Below, one piece after another: positions 51,567 through 62,691 of a stretch of 64,000 nucleotides of DNA. Source of the stretch: Azolla caroliniana. Its lineage: Eukaryota > Plantae > Polypodiophyta. The translations under genes and the position numbers were made by a program. Every line of letters starts with the position of its first letter. Position 1 is the first letter of the stretch. A model generated the notes under the pieces. That model made no database searches. It saw only the letters and a program-made list of their open reading frames with translations, and was not told where the DNA came from. Where the stretch lies: the NCBI GenBank assembly GCA_043228905.1, contig JBHGNT010000002.1, positions 11,842,001 through 11,906,000 on the forward strand, read 5' to 3'.

Positions 51567-54500
51567 GTGACTCATATTATGGAAGAAGCCTCATTTAACG
51601 ACACCATTGGCGAAATCGAGGAAGTCGTGGCCTTGAGCTATCTTCACAATCAACACGTGATTTTGGTTAACTCCGTCAATATGTACGCTATCATTGATGA
51701 ATACCATCGACGCATCTTGATGGAGGAAGCTGAAGTCAACACAAAATATAAAACGGTGGATAGGAAGATCAAGCCAGTTGCGGTTCTACTACCGGAAGAT
51801 AGTTGGAAAAAGATGAAGGAAGTCACTAATGATCCAAGCTTGAGGGATCCGAAGGCAATAGTTCATGTCTTCACCGAAGAGACGAAAGGGAAGCTACGAG
51901 TTGGAAGGGAGGATTTCCTCCTCCCTTAAGAGGAGTGAATGTTCCATGGAATGCTTGAAAGACATGGGAAGGCTTTCGCATTTTTCCCTCAAGAGATCGG
52001 ATGTGCCGACCCAAAGATTATAGAGCCTATGGTGATATTTACGATGCCTCATGTACCTTGGAACCTCAAGCCGATACCGGTTCCGAGAAAACAACTACCG
52101 AAGTTGATCGAGCTCTTAAAGGAGAAGGTGAATATGGGGATTATGGAACCATCGAATGCTCCTTATCCTAATAGGTGGTTCACAGTGCCAAAGAAGAATG
52201 GATCATTGCAATTCAATCAAGATCTTCACCCCGTCAACAAGGTGACAATTCGGAATGCTAGAATCGGTTCGAGTGTGGATGAATTTGCCGAAGCGTTTGT
52301 AGGCCGGTCCATCTACTCCATTGGCGATCTCTACTCTGGATACAATCAATTTCAGTTGGCGATCGACAATCATGACATTACAACCATGAGGACTCCGATC
52401 GGGCTTGTACGGATGTGTACCTTACCTCAAGGTGCAACAAACTCAATGGCTCATATGGTGAATGCCATGAACAAGGTCTTGAAGGATTGCATCCCGGGCA
52501 TCACGATGTCATTCTTGGATGATATTCCGATAAAAGGATGTTCGGATGAGGAGAAGGATGAATCGAAAGATAAGGAAGGGTGTAGAAAGTTCGTTGCAGA
52601 TCGTATGAAAGATTGTGAGAAGGTGCTCCAAAGGCTCGAAGATGCGAAATTGACATTTTCAGGAGAAAAATCCGCATTCAGGCAACCGTAGATCTTGGTG
52701 GTAGGTCACTTGTGTGGAGCATACGGCCATAAGCCTTCGCCATCCAAAGTGAATGTGATCCAGGACATGAAGGAAGAATGGGTAAACCAAACGGAGGTTC
52801 GAAGGTTCCTTGGAGCATGCGCATTTTATCATATCTGGATTCCACACTACGCTCATGTCACCAAGCCATTATATGGATTGCTAAAGAAAAGAATGAAGTT
52901 CGAATGGCGAGACGAGCATACACACGTGATGCGAAGATTGAAGAAACTACTTCGTGAAGCTCCAGCACTAAGGAAGGCCGACTATACCGAAGGAAAACCG
53001 ATTTATGTGACTGTAGATACGAGCCCAACCGGAATCGGATGGGTCATCAACCAAAAAGGAGAAGATAATGCGCGGTATGTCATCTGGTTCGAAGCAAAGG
53101 TTCTCAGCGAACGACAACAAAGATATGCCCAAGTCAAGCAAGAACTTTGGGGTATTGTGTCTGTAGTGAAGATGGACAAAGACTACCTGATCGGGTCAGA
53201 AGTGATAATTGAGACAGATTGTCTCCCAATCCTCGGGATGATCTCAGGATGTGCGACACTAGATATAGCTATGCCAAGGTGGATCGCCTATATCAAGTCT
53301 TTAAACCCAGAGATCCGCCACATTGCAGGGAAGAAGAACGTCATGGCTGACATGCTGTCGAGGGCAAGATTTGAGAATGAAAGTGACATGGTTTCGGAAG
53401 ATAAAGACGGCACCCTCGACTTCTTCAAGATGGCCCGACTGTCAGTGGAAGACAAGGACATGCTAACCCTCCCCGCCTTCAACGAGGACGAGTACGAAGG
53501 AGAGTGGTTATTGATCGACAGATTCTTAAGAACAATGACGGCGGATGCTTCGTTGACGAAAGAGGAGGCTCTACGAATCCGGAAGAAAGCTTACCAATAC
53601 TTCTTGAAGGGAGGATTCCTCTGGCAACACCCAAAAAGAAGGACAGGAATGCCACGTCGAGTGGTGGTGAAGAAAGAAGAGCAAGTGACGCTGATGACTG
53701 AATTCCACGAGAGTCCTTGGGTGGGTCATAGAGGAACATGGGCGACGCTCGAAAAGTTCAAGGAAAAGTATTGATGGCCAAGCATGTATAAATATGTACT
53801 CCGTTTCGTATCCACATGCGAAACTTGCCAAGTACCTTCGAACATACGTCATCGTGATGAGTTACGGCCGACATACCCGCTCACCATACACTTCAAATGG
53901 ATGGTGGATCTGGTCTCGATGCTAATGGGAGTGGGACAAATGAAGTACTTAGTATTGGCAAGAGAAGACCTGACAAATCAAGTGGAAGGACGAGCCTTGG
54001 CAAATAAGACGATGTCAACTGTTTGCAAATTTCTACTCGAGGAGGTTATCTACCGATACGGATGTGTGGGAAAGATAGTGGTTGATCAAGGGGAGTTGGA
54101 TGCACGCGAAGCAACGGAGCTCTTCGATCGACTAGGCATGAAGCTCTCCCTCACGACTGCCTACAATCCAGAAGCGAATGGAAAGATCGAGCGAGGCCAT
54201 GGACCAATTGTCAAAGCCATCGTACGAGCATGCAACGGTCGAGTCGGGAATTGGCTATGACTATTGCCCTATGCCTTGTGGGCCGAAAGAATTACACACA
54301 GTTCAGTGATAGGGTATATGCAAATAGAGCTTATGTGTGGACAAAAGCCGGTAATGCCCATCAAAAGAATGATCGCCTCATGGGTAGCCATACCACGGGA
54401 GAATCAGATGAGTCGAGAAGAATTATTAGCGGCATGGATAAGGCAGCTTGAAAGAAGGCCTGAAGATCTATAAAAGCGCGAAAGATGATGGAGGCAGCCC

Positions 54501-54859
54501 GAGTGAAGAACAAGATTCGGTGCGATAAGACACATCGACTGCGTCCCAAGAAGATCGAAGAAGGAGATTGGGTATTGTTCTACGACAACAGCCTTGACAA
54601 TCAACAAAGGACAACAAGAAAGTTCGCAAGAAGATGGTTCAGACCATATGTGGTGACAAGTGCCAACAACAATGCCACATACCACCTTGCAAAGCTAGAC
54701 GGATCAAGGTTGGCCATACCCATTGCGGGAAAAAGAGTAAAGATTTTTAAGAAAAGACAAGACGAGGATCCTGACCTTGATCACCTCTATGATGAAGATA
54801 GTAAGACTGAACCTACAGACTTGAGTTATGTAAACGAGGACATGGAGGAATCTGATTAA
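51567..54859 (+). pseudogene. pol: Gypsy D pol (RT, RNase H, integrase), disrupted
   Basis: NRWFTVPKKNG, GDLYSGYNQF, LPQGATNS, FLDDIPIKG, VTVDTSPTGIG, GHRG..CETCQ, AYNPEANGKIERGH. Confidence 0.92.
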
Positions 54860-57559
54860 TCACCGTAGCTGAAATCTCACACTCTCTCTTCTTGGCACGT
54901 ACCGAAGGACGCGCGGTTTGGTGGGGGTGGACGTCATGAAGGTTTTCGGCAATGGTGTGAAAATTGCAAGGAACATGCAAAATCGAGTGTGGTTCTTCAC
55001 ACACGATACGAAACAATAATAGTAAAGATACTATTTTAGATTAGTTTAATATCTTAGTACGAAAAGATAGATGTCTTCAAGAGCTTCTGAATGTACTTTA
55101 CTACATTTAAAACGGACAACTAAATGTCAAGTTATGTAAATGTAAAGTTTGAGAAGAAGAAGAGAAAAAACAAAACTATGAGATATCCCACATAGATAGG
55201 ACAAATTAGGACATCTGTCTATGTGTGGAGCACAGAATCTTCTTGGGCTAAATCGTGGCTTAACTACTTGTAATTGTTTTGGAGTACCGGACCGAACGGA
55301 CGGCGCCAGACAGCAACCGAACCGGATGGACCAGATCACCGGGTCGGATGCGGATCGATCAGATAAGTTGATTACGACGATTTCGGTGTGAAACGAACAA
55401 AATCATCTAGACCAAAAAACCTAGTAAAAATTTGTATACAAAGGGATGCAAGCAAGTCTTGAACCTTGAACCTCCAAGTTAGGAGGCAATAAACTTACCA
55501 CTAAGACAAGTCATTTCTTTAGAAATGTTTTTTCTATCATTATGCTTTCACATTTCAATTCTCATATTAGAGCTTGAATGAGTGAGTGACATGGTTATCA
55601 TGCATCACATGTAATGCATGAGCGCCAAATGGCAAACATGCATTGTATGCATGTCTTGTACCCCCACATGCATTATATGCATGGGGCATATATAAAAGAG
55701 GGATGAAAAGGATCAAAGGGAGCTATGTATTAATCAAGAATTTAATAAGAAGAAAATTCGTTATCCAATTGATAATATATATTGTTCCTCAAATCTAAAG
55801 TCAAGGGTTCAATCTTAATCTCTCTCCATTTCAATCTCTCTCAATCTAAAGTCAAGCGTTCTATCTTATCTTAATTTCTCTCTCTTTCAATATATCTTAA
55901 ATACTTTCTCGCTAAAGCTAGTACAAACTTCGAATCCTTCCGGTCGAGAACCCCGGCGGTTCCGCCTCACGATCCGCACGTAGTGATAGATTTTTCACGC
56001 CAATGTGCCGAAAGTGGATCAAGTTGACGAGACATCCCATACCAGAGTGAAGGGGGAGATTGTTGGGAAGTCGGTCCCTCCGGATGGGATCCAATTATGA
56101 ATGAAGAGGACCCGGTGCGAACCGGATCAGATGGACCCGGTGAGAAGAGGAAGAGAAGACATATTTGTAAATATGTTTTGAGTAAGCCAATTGAGGCTAT
56201 ATTTGTAAATAGACCTAAGTTCATATGAGTATAAATATGACCTAGGGCAATCACAGAAGGCAAAGTTGTCATATTGTTGTAAGTGCATAATTGTTGCATA
56301 GAGAGAGAGAGAGATACAGAGTGATACTATGTTGTAACCACTGCTTGGCGAAGATACAAAGCTCGTGGTCATTGCCTCTGAGTCTCTGATTGTACCTTTC
56401 TTATATAGTGATAGTTTGGAGTCTGTGGGGTCCCGTGGTTTTTCCCTATTAGGGTTTTCCACATAAACATCCTGTGTACTCTCTATTGTTTGTGTGTGTA
56501 CGTGTACTAATCTCCAACCCCATTTTTGTGTTTGATTCTCATCGAAGTGATTCAAGACTTGGTTGTGGCCGAGCAATATTCCACGCTATTTCCTTAAATT
56601 CCTAAGTTTGAACTTTCAATTGTGTTGACGTTTGATTCAATCAATCTATAATATAGAATATAGTCATTTTTTTGAAATTCCAATCTTTATTTTTTTTTCC
56701 AACTTATAAATACAATCCAACTTAAAGATGATTTACCATACACGTTTGATTGAATCATTCTCGAATGTGAATGCACGTATAGTACGTATGGTTCATTCTA
56801 TGCCACCACCATGGCATCGAGTCCTACTTGGTACTAGCTGGCACTCATCACAAGAGTAAGTTCACCACAAGATCACAATCTCAACGTAGTCGAATAATGT
56901 GTTCAATGAGGATAGTTACGCCTCATATTTATAGCTAAACCTAATGCCCCCAAGCAAGTTCGCCCTTTGCCCTTAGTAGTTGTCTAAATCCCTAGGATTA
57001 AAAGTAATTCTCCCTTCTTTACACTATTGATTAACCCTCACATTTTTATCCTCGTGTATAGAATACTATGGTACAAACTACCACGAGATAAATTATGGTT
57101 ATGCCAATAACAATCACGTTTGGCATTTGTTAAGGATAGAAGTAATGATAAAATTGAAAGAAAGAAATGGATTAGGTTCACTTTTCCTCCCCGAGTGAAG
57201 GAATTGATATAAATCTTAAACACCATTAACATCCCATACCATGAAATATTCGGTAAGATTTTACCTAGATGCGATCACTAGAACATTATTGTTAGCAAGA
57301 GTCTAGCCACATCATGGGTGTCTCGCATTGTTTCAATGGAGATATTTGTCTCTCCCCAATAAGGTTAACTACTCCTCATTTTATATTTTCAAGCACCTTA
57401 TGTCCACATGCCACGACATGTATTTGCTATTGCCACGACATGTATTTGCTATCTGTAATGACCTTATATGAGTTGCCTCAATTCTTAATATATCCTTAAA
57501 ATCGTTAGAATTGTTCCTCTAAATAATTAATTCAAGCTCTACACTCTAAAACAATTGCA

Positions 57560-59342
57560 TTTGGTCTAGTAAGGAAGATCATACAACTCGGGCCAAGGTG
57601 GCGTGGCCTATACTCACATCACCTAAGTCGAGAGGAGGATTGGGTCTTATTGATCCCCTCTCACAATCAAAAGCCCTACTCGCCAAATTTGTGGTGCAAG
57701 GACTCCAACCAGGGAATGACTGCTGGAAAATGTTACTGCAGTTACGTTTCGCTTACTTTAGGCCACGAAAAGGGACCAATTGGGCCCCCCAAAGTGGATG
57801 AATTCTAAACATGGATCTCAAACCTAGTTTCTCCCGCCAACTGGAGGATAGCTTTAATGCATCCATGTGGAAGGCGTGGTGTGACATTAGACGAGGACTC
57901 AAGTGCGATCTACCCAATTCCGAACCTGCCTGGCTCAGTCAACGTATCCTATGGAAACCATGTATTAGGGATGAATTTAATCAACTAATTGGATCAAGTA
58001 AGGGGTTGTCGTGGGGATACATGTTGGAAGGTCCAGGAAAAAGTATAGAATGTTGGAGATGGTTTATGTCATTGCCAATACAAGACCAAGCCAACATCCT
58101 CCATGGAATTAGGGGCGGATGGGCTATGAGATCTGGAATCATTAACGCTCTACTAATTAGGGAAGTTGCTCATCAAAGGACAACAACGGAGAAATGGATA
58201 GGCTACAAGGAGGAGGGTTCTTTGATCCCAAGAGGTAGGGACACACCGGATAGGATCGAAGGCTCTAAATTGCAGGACAACGAGACATCAACACAACATA
58301 AGGCAATTCGAGTACTAGAATATACTGGGCAAAAATGGATTGTAGATTCTGATACGATCAAAGTACAACTAGATTGGCACATATGTACTCATGAAAACAC
58401 ATGGCTACATAAGGTCAATTGGGACCCTTTGCAATGGACATGGTGTGATCCTTACACGGGGCAAGGAAGCAAACATGTCCCTTTCTTTCAATTCACAACT
58501 AGATTGGGTCGCCATATTATAGCCGCTCAATCCACCCGAGAGCCGGTTGCTGCAAAGGTCTAGCACACATATCATGTTCCTTACACAATTATGACCAAGT
58601 TTTGGCAAAAACTCTGGAACCAACAACACACGATGCGAATCACCACTTTCCAATGGCTATTAATACATAAGTCACTAACGGTTGGTGCATGGCAGCATGG
58701 GAACCTCAACTCTCCTAATTGTGTAGTGTGTCCAACTATATTAGAATCCACACAACATGCTCTATGGGACTGCCCAGAGTCCCATCGAATATGGTGGGGG
58801 GTTGGCCGCTTATTGCAATTATGCCAGGTGTAAGGATCAATCAAGTGGGGGAATGTATGATGGCTATCATGGTAGGCCCCAATTGATCACTATGAGCATC
58901 AGGAAGAGGGGATGACTTTGGTTATAAAAGCACAAGAGATTTCTTTCTCCACCATCAACAATATCCACTCAACTCCTATTAGTGCCAAATCTCAAGTTGT
59001 GTTGGACTTTGTCAACCCAATAACTCGTTGGATTCTATGGAAACAACGGTGTAGACGGGTCTTTTTCAACCAAAGCACGCAACCAATAATGTTAATGCAA
59101 GAAATATGGAGTGAAGTTGTAGCCACTCTAAAGAGCCAATATGATGGCCTCAAGGGCGACTCCGATAGAGTTGAAAGACAATGACTAGCCTTTATCCAGC
59201 AATGGTTGTCCTCTCCTTTTCTTGAGGCAGTGGGCATCTACATAAGATGGACCTATCGTGTCCCTATCTAGGGATTGTATATAATAATCTCATCTGTAAA
59301 TCTTTATAACTAATGGAAGGAGTTTTTTTTTGGAAAAAAAAA
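57560..59342 (+). mobile_element. 5'-truncated L1-clade LINE (ORF2 C-terminus), degenerate
   Basis: VAWPILTSPKSRGGLGL; zf-RVT CVVC..ESTQHALWDC; WILWKQRCRRVF; A-tail 59334-59342. Confidence 0.82.
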
Positions 59343-60191
59343 GTATGAACAAAATTGCACACATTCCTAGATGATAGAACTATTGATTACGAAAATGAAC
59401 ATATAAATAAAGGAAAGAAAAGGATCGCTTTTTCCTCCAAACACCATCGAGCGAAGGATTTGCAACGGATCTTAAAAACCACTAACAAACGAAACCACTT
59501 AATATTGCAAAAGATCGTATCTTGGATGTACTATTTACAACACTATTGTTAACAAGAGCCTCACCACAACCACAAGTGTCTCACAACATTCTAACAAAGA
59601 TATTTGTCTCCCTCCAATAAGGATAATGTGAAGTGAGTATATTCAGGTTTTGCACGTAACAACATCATTCTACAATTTAGTTTAAGCACGCCAATATCAA
59701 CAATGTGAAGTGAGTACCCCTAGAAAATGTGTTAACTCTTAGGGCCGGACAATGGCCTAACACAGGGTGTCTACGGAAGACACTTCACCAAAGGGGTGTT
59801 ACGACAAGAGGATTAGGCGCAACGATTAATCCGACTTAATTAGGTTACTTAGCAAGATCGTCCTTAATAATCACATGCGTAAGATATAACAATGAATGAT
59901 ATAACAATGAATGTAGAACGGCAATTAACACAGAGAGATAAAAACACTAAGCTTCATTAATTATCTGCTCAACATTACATTGTATCCGGGCCTTTAAATA
60001 GGTTTCCGGTTTGTAGTACAAAACGGTGCCATCCGCACCTGTTCGGGATCGGTCCGGATCCGGAACGGCATACCGATTCCAGTCCGTCTGTCCACACTAA
60101 TAGCCCACTTACAACCATTTACAACCATTCCTTATTAATTAAATAACTCCTTCGTTTCACACTCTGGACTCCTTTGTCGGCCGGTAACACA

Positions 60192-60208
60192 TGGCACGCT
60201 CGTGGGAC
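60192..60208 (+). promoter_or_regulatory. Inverted PBS / tRNA-Arg 3'-end copy at the PPT position of gypsy C
   Basis: TGGCACGCTCGTGGGAC, 2 nt from the LTR edge, antisense to the element's ORFs. Confidence 0.72.
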
Positions 60209-60244
60209 AGTACCTTGTACATCGAATCCACCATCCGACCCTTG

Positions 60245-62690
60245 CTATTCTTTGTCAAAAATATCCAGAATGCTTTGTTTGAGAGTCTCCAATGGTTCAT
60301 CTGGAATTGGTTGTTGCTGTTTTTGTTGTTGTTGTTGTTGCTGCTGCTCCGTTGATGGATGCTGCGACTGGTCCATCAGTGGCTGTTGCGGCTGCTCCTT
60401 CGTTTGTTGCTCTGACACCGGCGTTTCCGTCGTTGCTCCCTCCATCGTATTGGTCTCCGGTTGACTGGTTCCGGCTTGGCCCTCGTCCGGCGACGGTTTC
60501 TCATCACTAAGGTTAACCGTTGCCGCTTCCCGAACCCGGGACCGCTCGTAGCTCTCAAACTGGATTTGAGCGTCCAGCCTATCATCGTCTAGCTGAGCTA
60601 CGAGTTGTTGGACCTACACCAGTTGTTCATCCGCCAGGACTTGGAAGTCTTCGGCCAGCTCGTCCCGTATGGCGGTGAAGTCCTCGGAAGTCAACATGTA
60701 ACAATCATCTCCTTCCTTCCGCCGGTTTTCCACGTCTGCCCCTAGCAATTGGAGTTCCGCCGTATTTTGTGCCCACTTTGTCCACCATCTTACGAAGCTT
60801 TCGTCAATCAAGCGTTTTGTCTGATTCAGCCATGCCCGGAGGATGCATTGAATCCGGCTCGTTCCCATTTGCGATTTGATCTCCGCAGCTTGCCGTTCCT
60901 CCTTCAATTGCTTGATGATTTTGACGTTGTCGTCCGCCTGCTCCTTGTAATGCGTCAATTGCCCTTGATATGTGCTTTGTAATTTTTGCAATACCGTTGA
61001 CGCTCTCTCCCTTTCTTCCTGCCGTTGCCTCTGGAGCTCCATCTTCCAACCGTCTTGTATTTTCCGCTCGTTCGTCGGCGAGCGCCGTCGCGGCCTGATC
61101 AACTTCCTACCGGAGCTCGGCCATCCATTCCTTATGCTCCGTTTCGAGCCGTTTGTAGTCCCGGTGCAGGTGCTCAAAATCATCTGTCTTTTGCTTGAGC
61201 CATACGTTGATCTGTCGACGGGCCCGGTCCTCGCGGTCCTTTTGCTGGCGGAGCTCCTCCTTTAGCCGTTCAATTTCCGTTTCCGCCGTCTTCCGCAGCT
61301 TGTCCTTTTCCTGCAGCACTTTGTCTTTTTCCTCCCTTAGCCTGTCGTAAGCTTGATGGCCTTTCCGGAGGCTCTCCTCTGCCCGGCGGAGGTTCTCAGC
61401 AGTCTTCTTTAATTCTGCTTCGGCCGCTGTCTTCAATTCCCGTTCACGGCTCTTCTTGTGTGGCAAGTTCATCTCTCAATTCCGCAAGCTCCTGGGCTTG
61501 CGCCGCATCTCTCTCTGGAACGGTTTCCGTTGCCGGGGTCTTATTAGTATGTACAGGTTGGTCTGTTTCTTTATTCTGTACACTTACCGGAGTCACCGGT
61601 GCTTGGATCTGTGTTGCCGTTAAGGCCATTTTGGCCATTTCTGCCGTGACCTGATCCAAGTCTTTTTCAAGGCACCGGATTCTGGACCGAGCCGTCTCTA
61701 GTTGTTCGGTTGTGACGAGCAATCGTTCACTTTGCGCTTTTTCTTCCACCTCAACATACCCCACTGCTCCGGCAATCTGTTCGCCTATCCACCGAAGCCA
61801 CAGGCTACCGGTGCATTGTTGTTGCGCTTGCACGGAGGTTTGACGGATGGGCTCTCTTGTGGGTGGGTGGTCCCGCCTGATTGCGCCGAGTTGCAATTCC
61901 GTTTCTGCCCGTGGACCACCCTGTTGTCCTAGTTCCCCTTGCACTTCTTTTGGTTGGCCGAGGGAGGCTGCATTAACCTTTCTGGCTCTGGCGGAACGGG
62001 ACTTGCCGGTGTTGCCGGTGGTGCAGGGGCTTCTAATTCCGGTGCCATGTGCACCGGTTCCGGTTCCTCCCTTGGCGTGGGAGTCTCAGTATGGGGAGCC
62101 GGTGTTCCCTCCGTCTGAGGGTCCGAACATTTCCCGGCTCCCTCAACGGTCCTTGCCGACGACCGTCGCTGGAGGTGCTCCGTAGGCTCCTCCTCTATTT
62201 CCTCTTCCTGAGTCCCGACATTGAGTTTCGCCGCCAAGGGGTCCGCTTCTCTATTCACCGGTCGGCGGCGTGTAATCTTTACAGGCCGTACCAGTGGTAC
62301 CTCCTGCGCATCCGTTGGCCGCTCCCGGCTGGCGCTCTCCTTTCCCGCTTGTTCTGCGTCCGCCGCCTTCCCCTTAGTGGCCTTAGAGGCCAACAACTGT
62401 TGTCTTTTGGAAGCAGTCCTTGGGGTGCCGTCCGCCACTCTTCCCTGCTTCTTGGGCTCGACGGGCTCGACAGGTGGCACAAGCAAGGTGAGCCACTGCG
62501 TTACTGCGTGCCATATCTTCCGTCTGTCTCGGCCTTCTTTGCCGTCTTTTCCTCTAACGATCTCAATCGCCGCACTCAATACCGGCCAATCCACCTTGAT
62601 CCCTTCATAGGTGGCGATGATCATCCCTTCCCGGTTCTGCGGCATGACAGGGGGTCTAGGGTACACATGGCTGTATTCGTGGAGCACACG
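60245..62690 (-). pseudogene. Extra 3' ORF of gypsy C (coiled-coil protein), frameshifted
   Basis: PPVMPQNREGMIIATYEGIKVDWPVL vs YCMPKKRATFIIVTYEGEIFDWGLL in B; WAQNTAELQLLGADVENR vs WSAQAAELQLLRADRDNR. Confidence 0.72.
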
Positions 62691-62691
62691 G

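Larger units (their letters stand above)
20903..56002 (+). mobile_element. Ty3/gypsy element D, tRNA-Trp primed; LTRs 20903-22002 and 54932-56002
   Basis: Two similar ~1.1-kb LTRs; PBS TGGTGAACCCGACGTGA 22011-22027; PPT GGTGGGGGTGGA ending at 54931; 4-bp TSD GTGT/ATGT; gag, PR, RT, RH and IN in gypsy order. Confidence 0.92.
14799..56597 (+). mobile_element. Ty1/copia element A, outermost layer of a 42-kb nest; LTRs 14799-15388 and 56061-~56597
   Basis: Similar LTRs starting TGTTGGGAAG; degenerate Met PBS TAGTATCAGAGC at 15391; gag-PR-IN-RT-RH remnants 15417-20902 resuming at 56007; PPT GAAGGGGGAGAT 56049-56060; flanks ATTAC/ATTCC (imperfect). Confidence 0.85.
59730..62691 (-). mobile_element. 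3' part of gypsy element C (relative of B): 3' LTR 59730-60189 plus extra ORF
   Basis: On the minus strand the LTR starts TGTTACCGG, has CCTATTTAAAGG and ends ..GTTAACA; extra-ORF pieces 60245-62690 resemble 30116-32546; interrupted at 62692. Confidence 0.78.

Noticed and set aside
59322-59342. T-run/A-run hairpin as a terminator
   Set aside because: Best explained as the LINE poly(A) tail next to a T tract.
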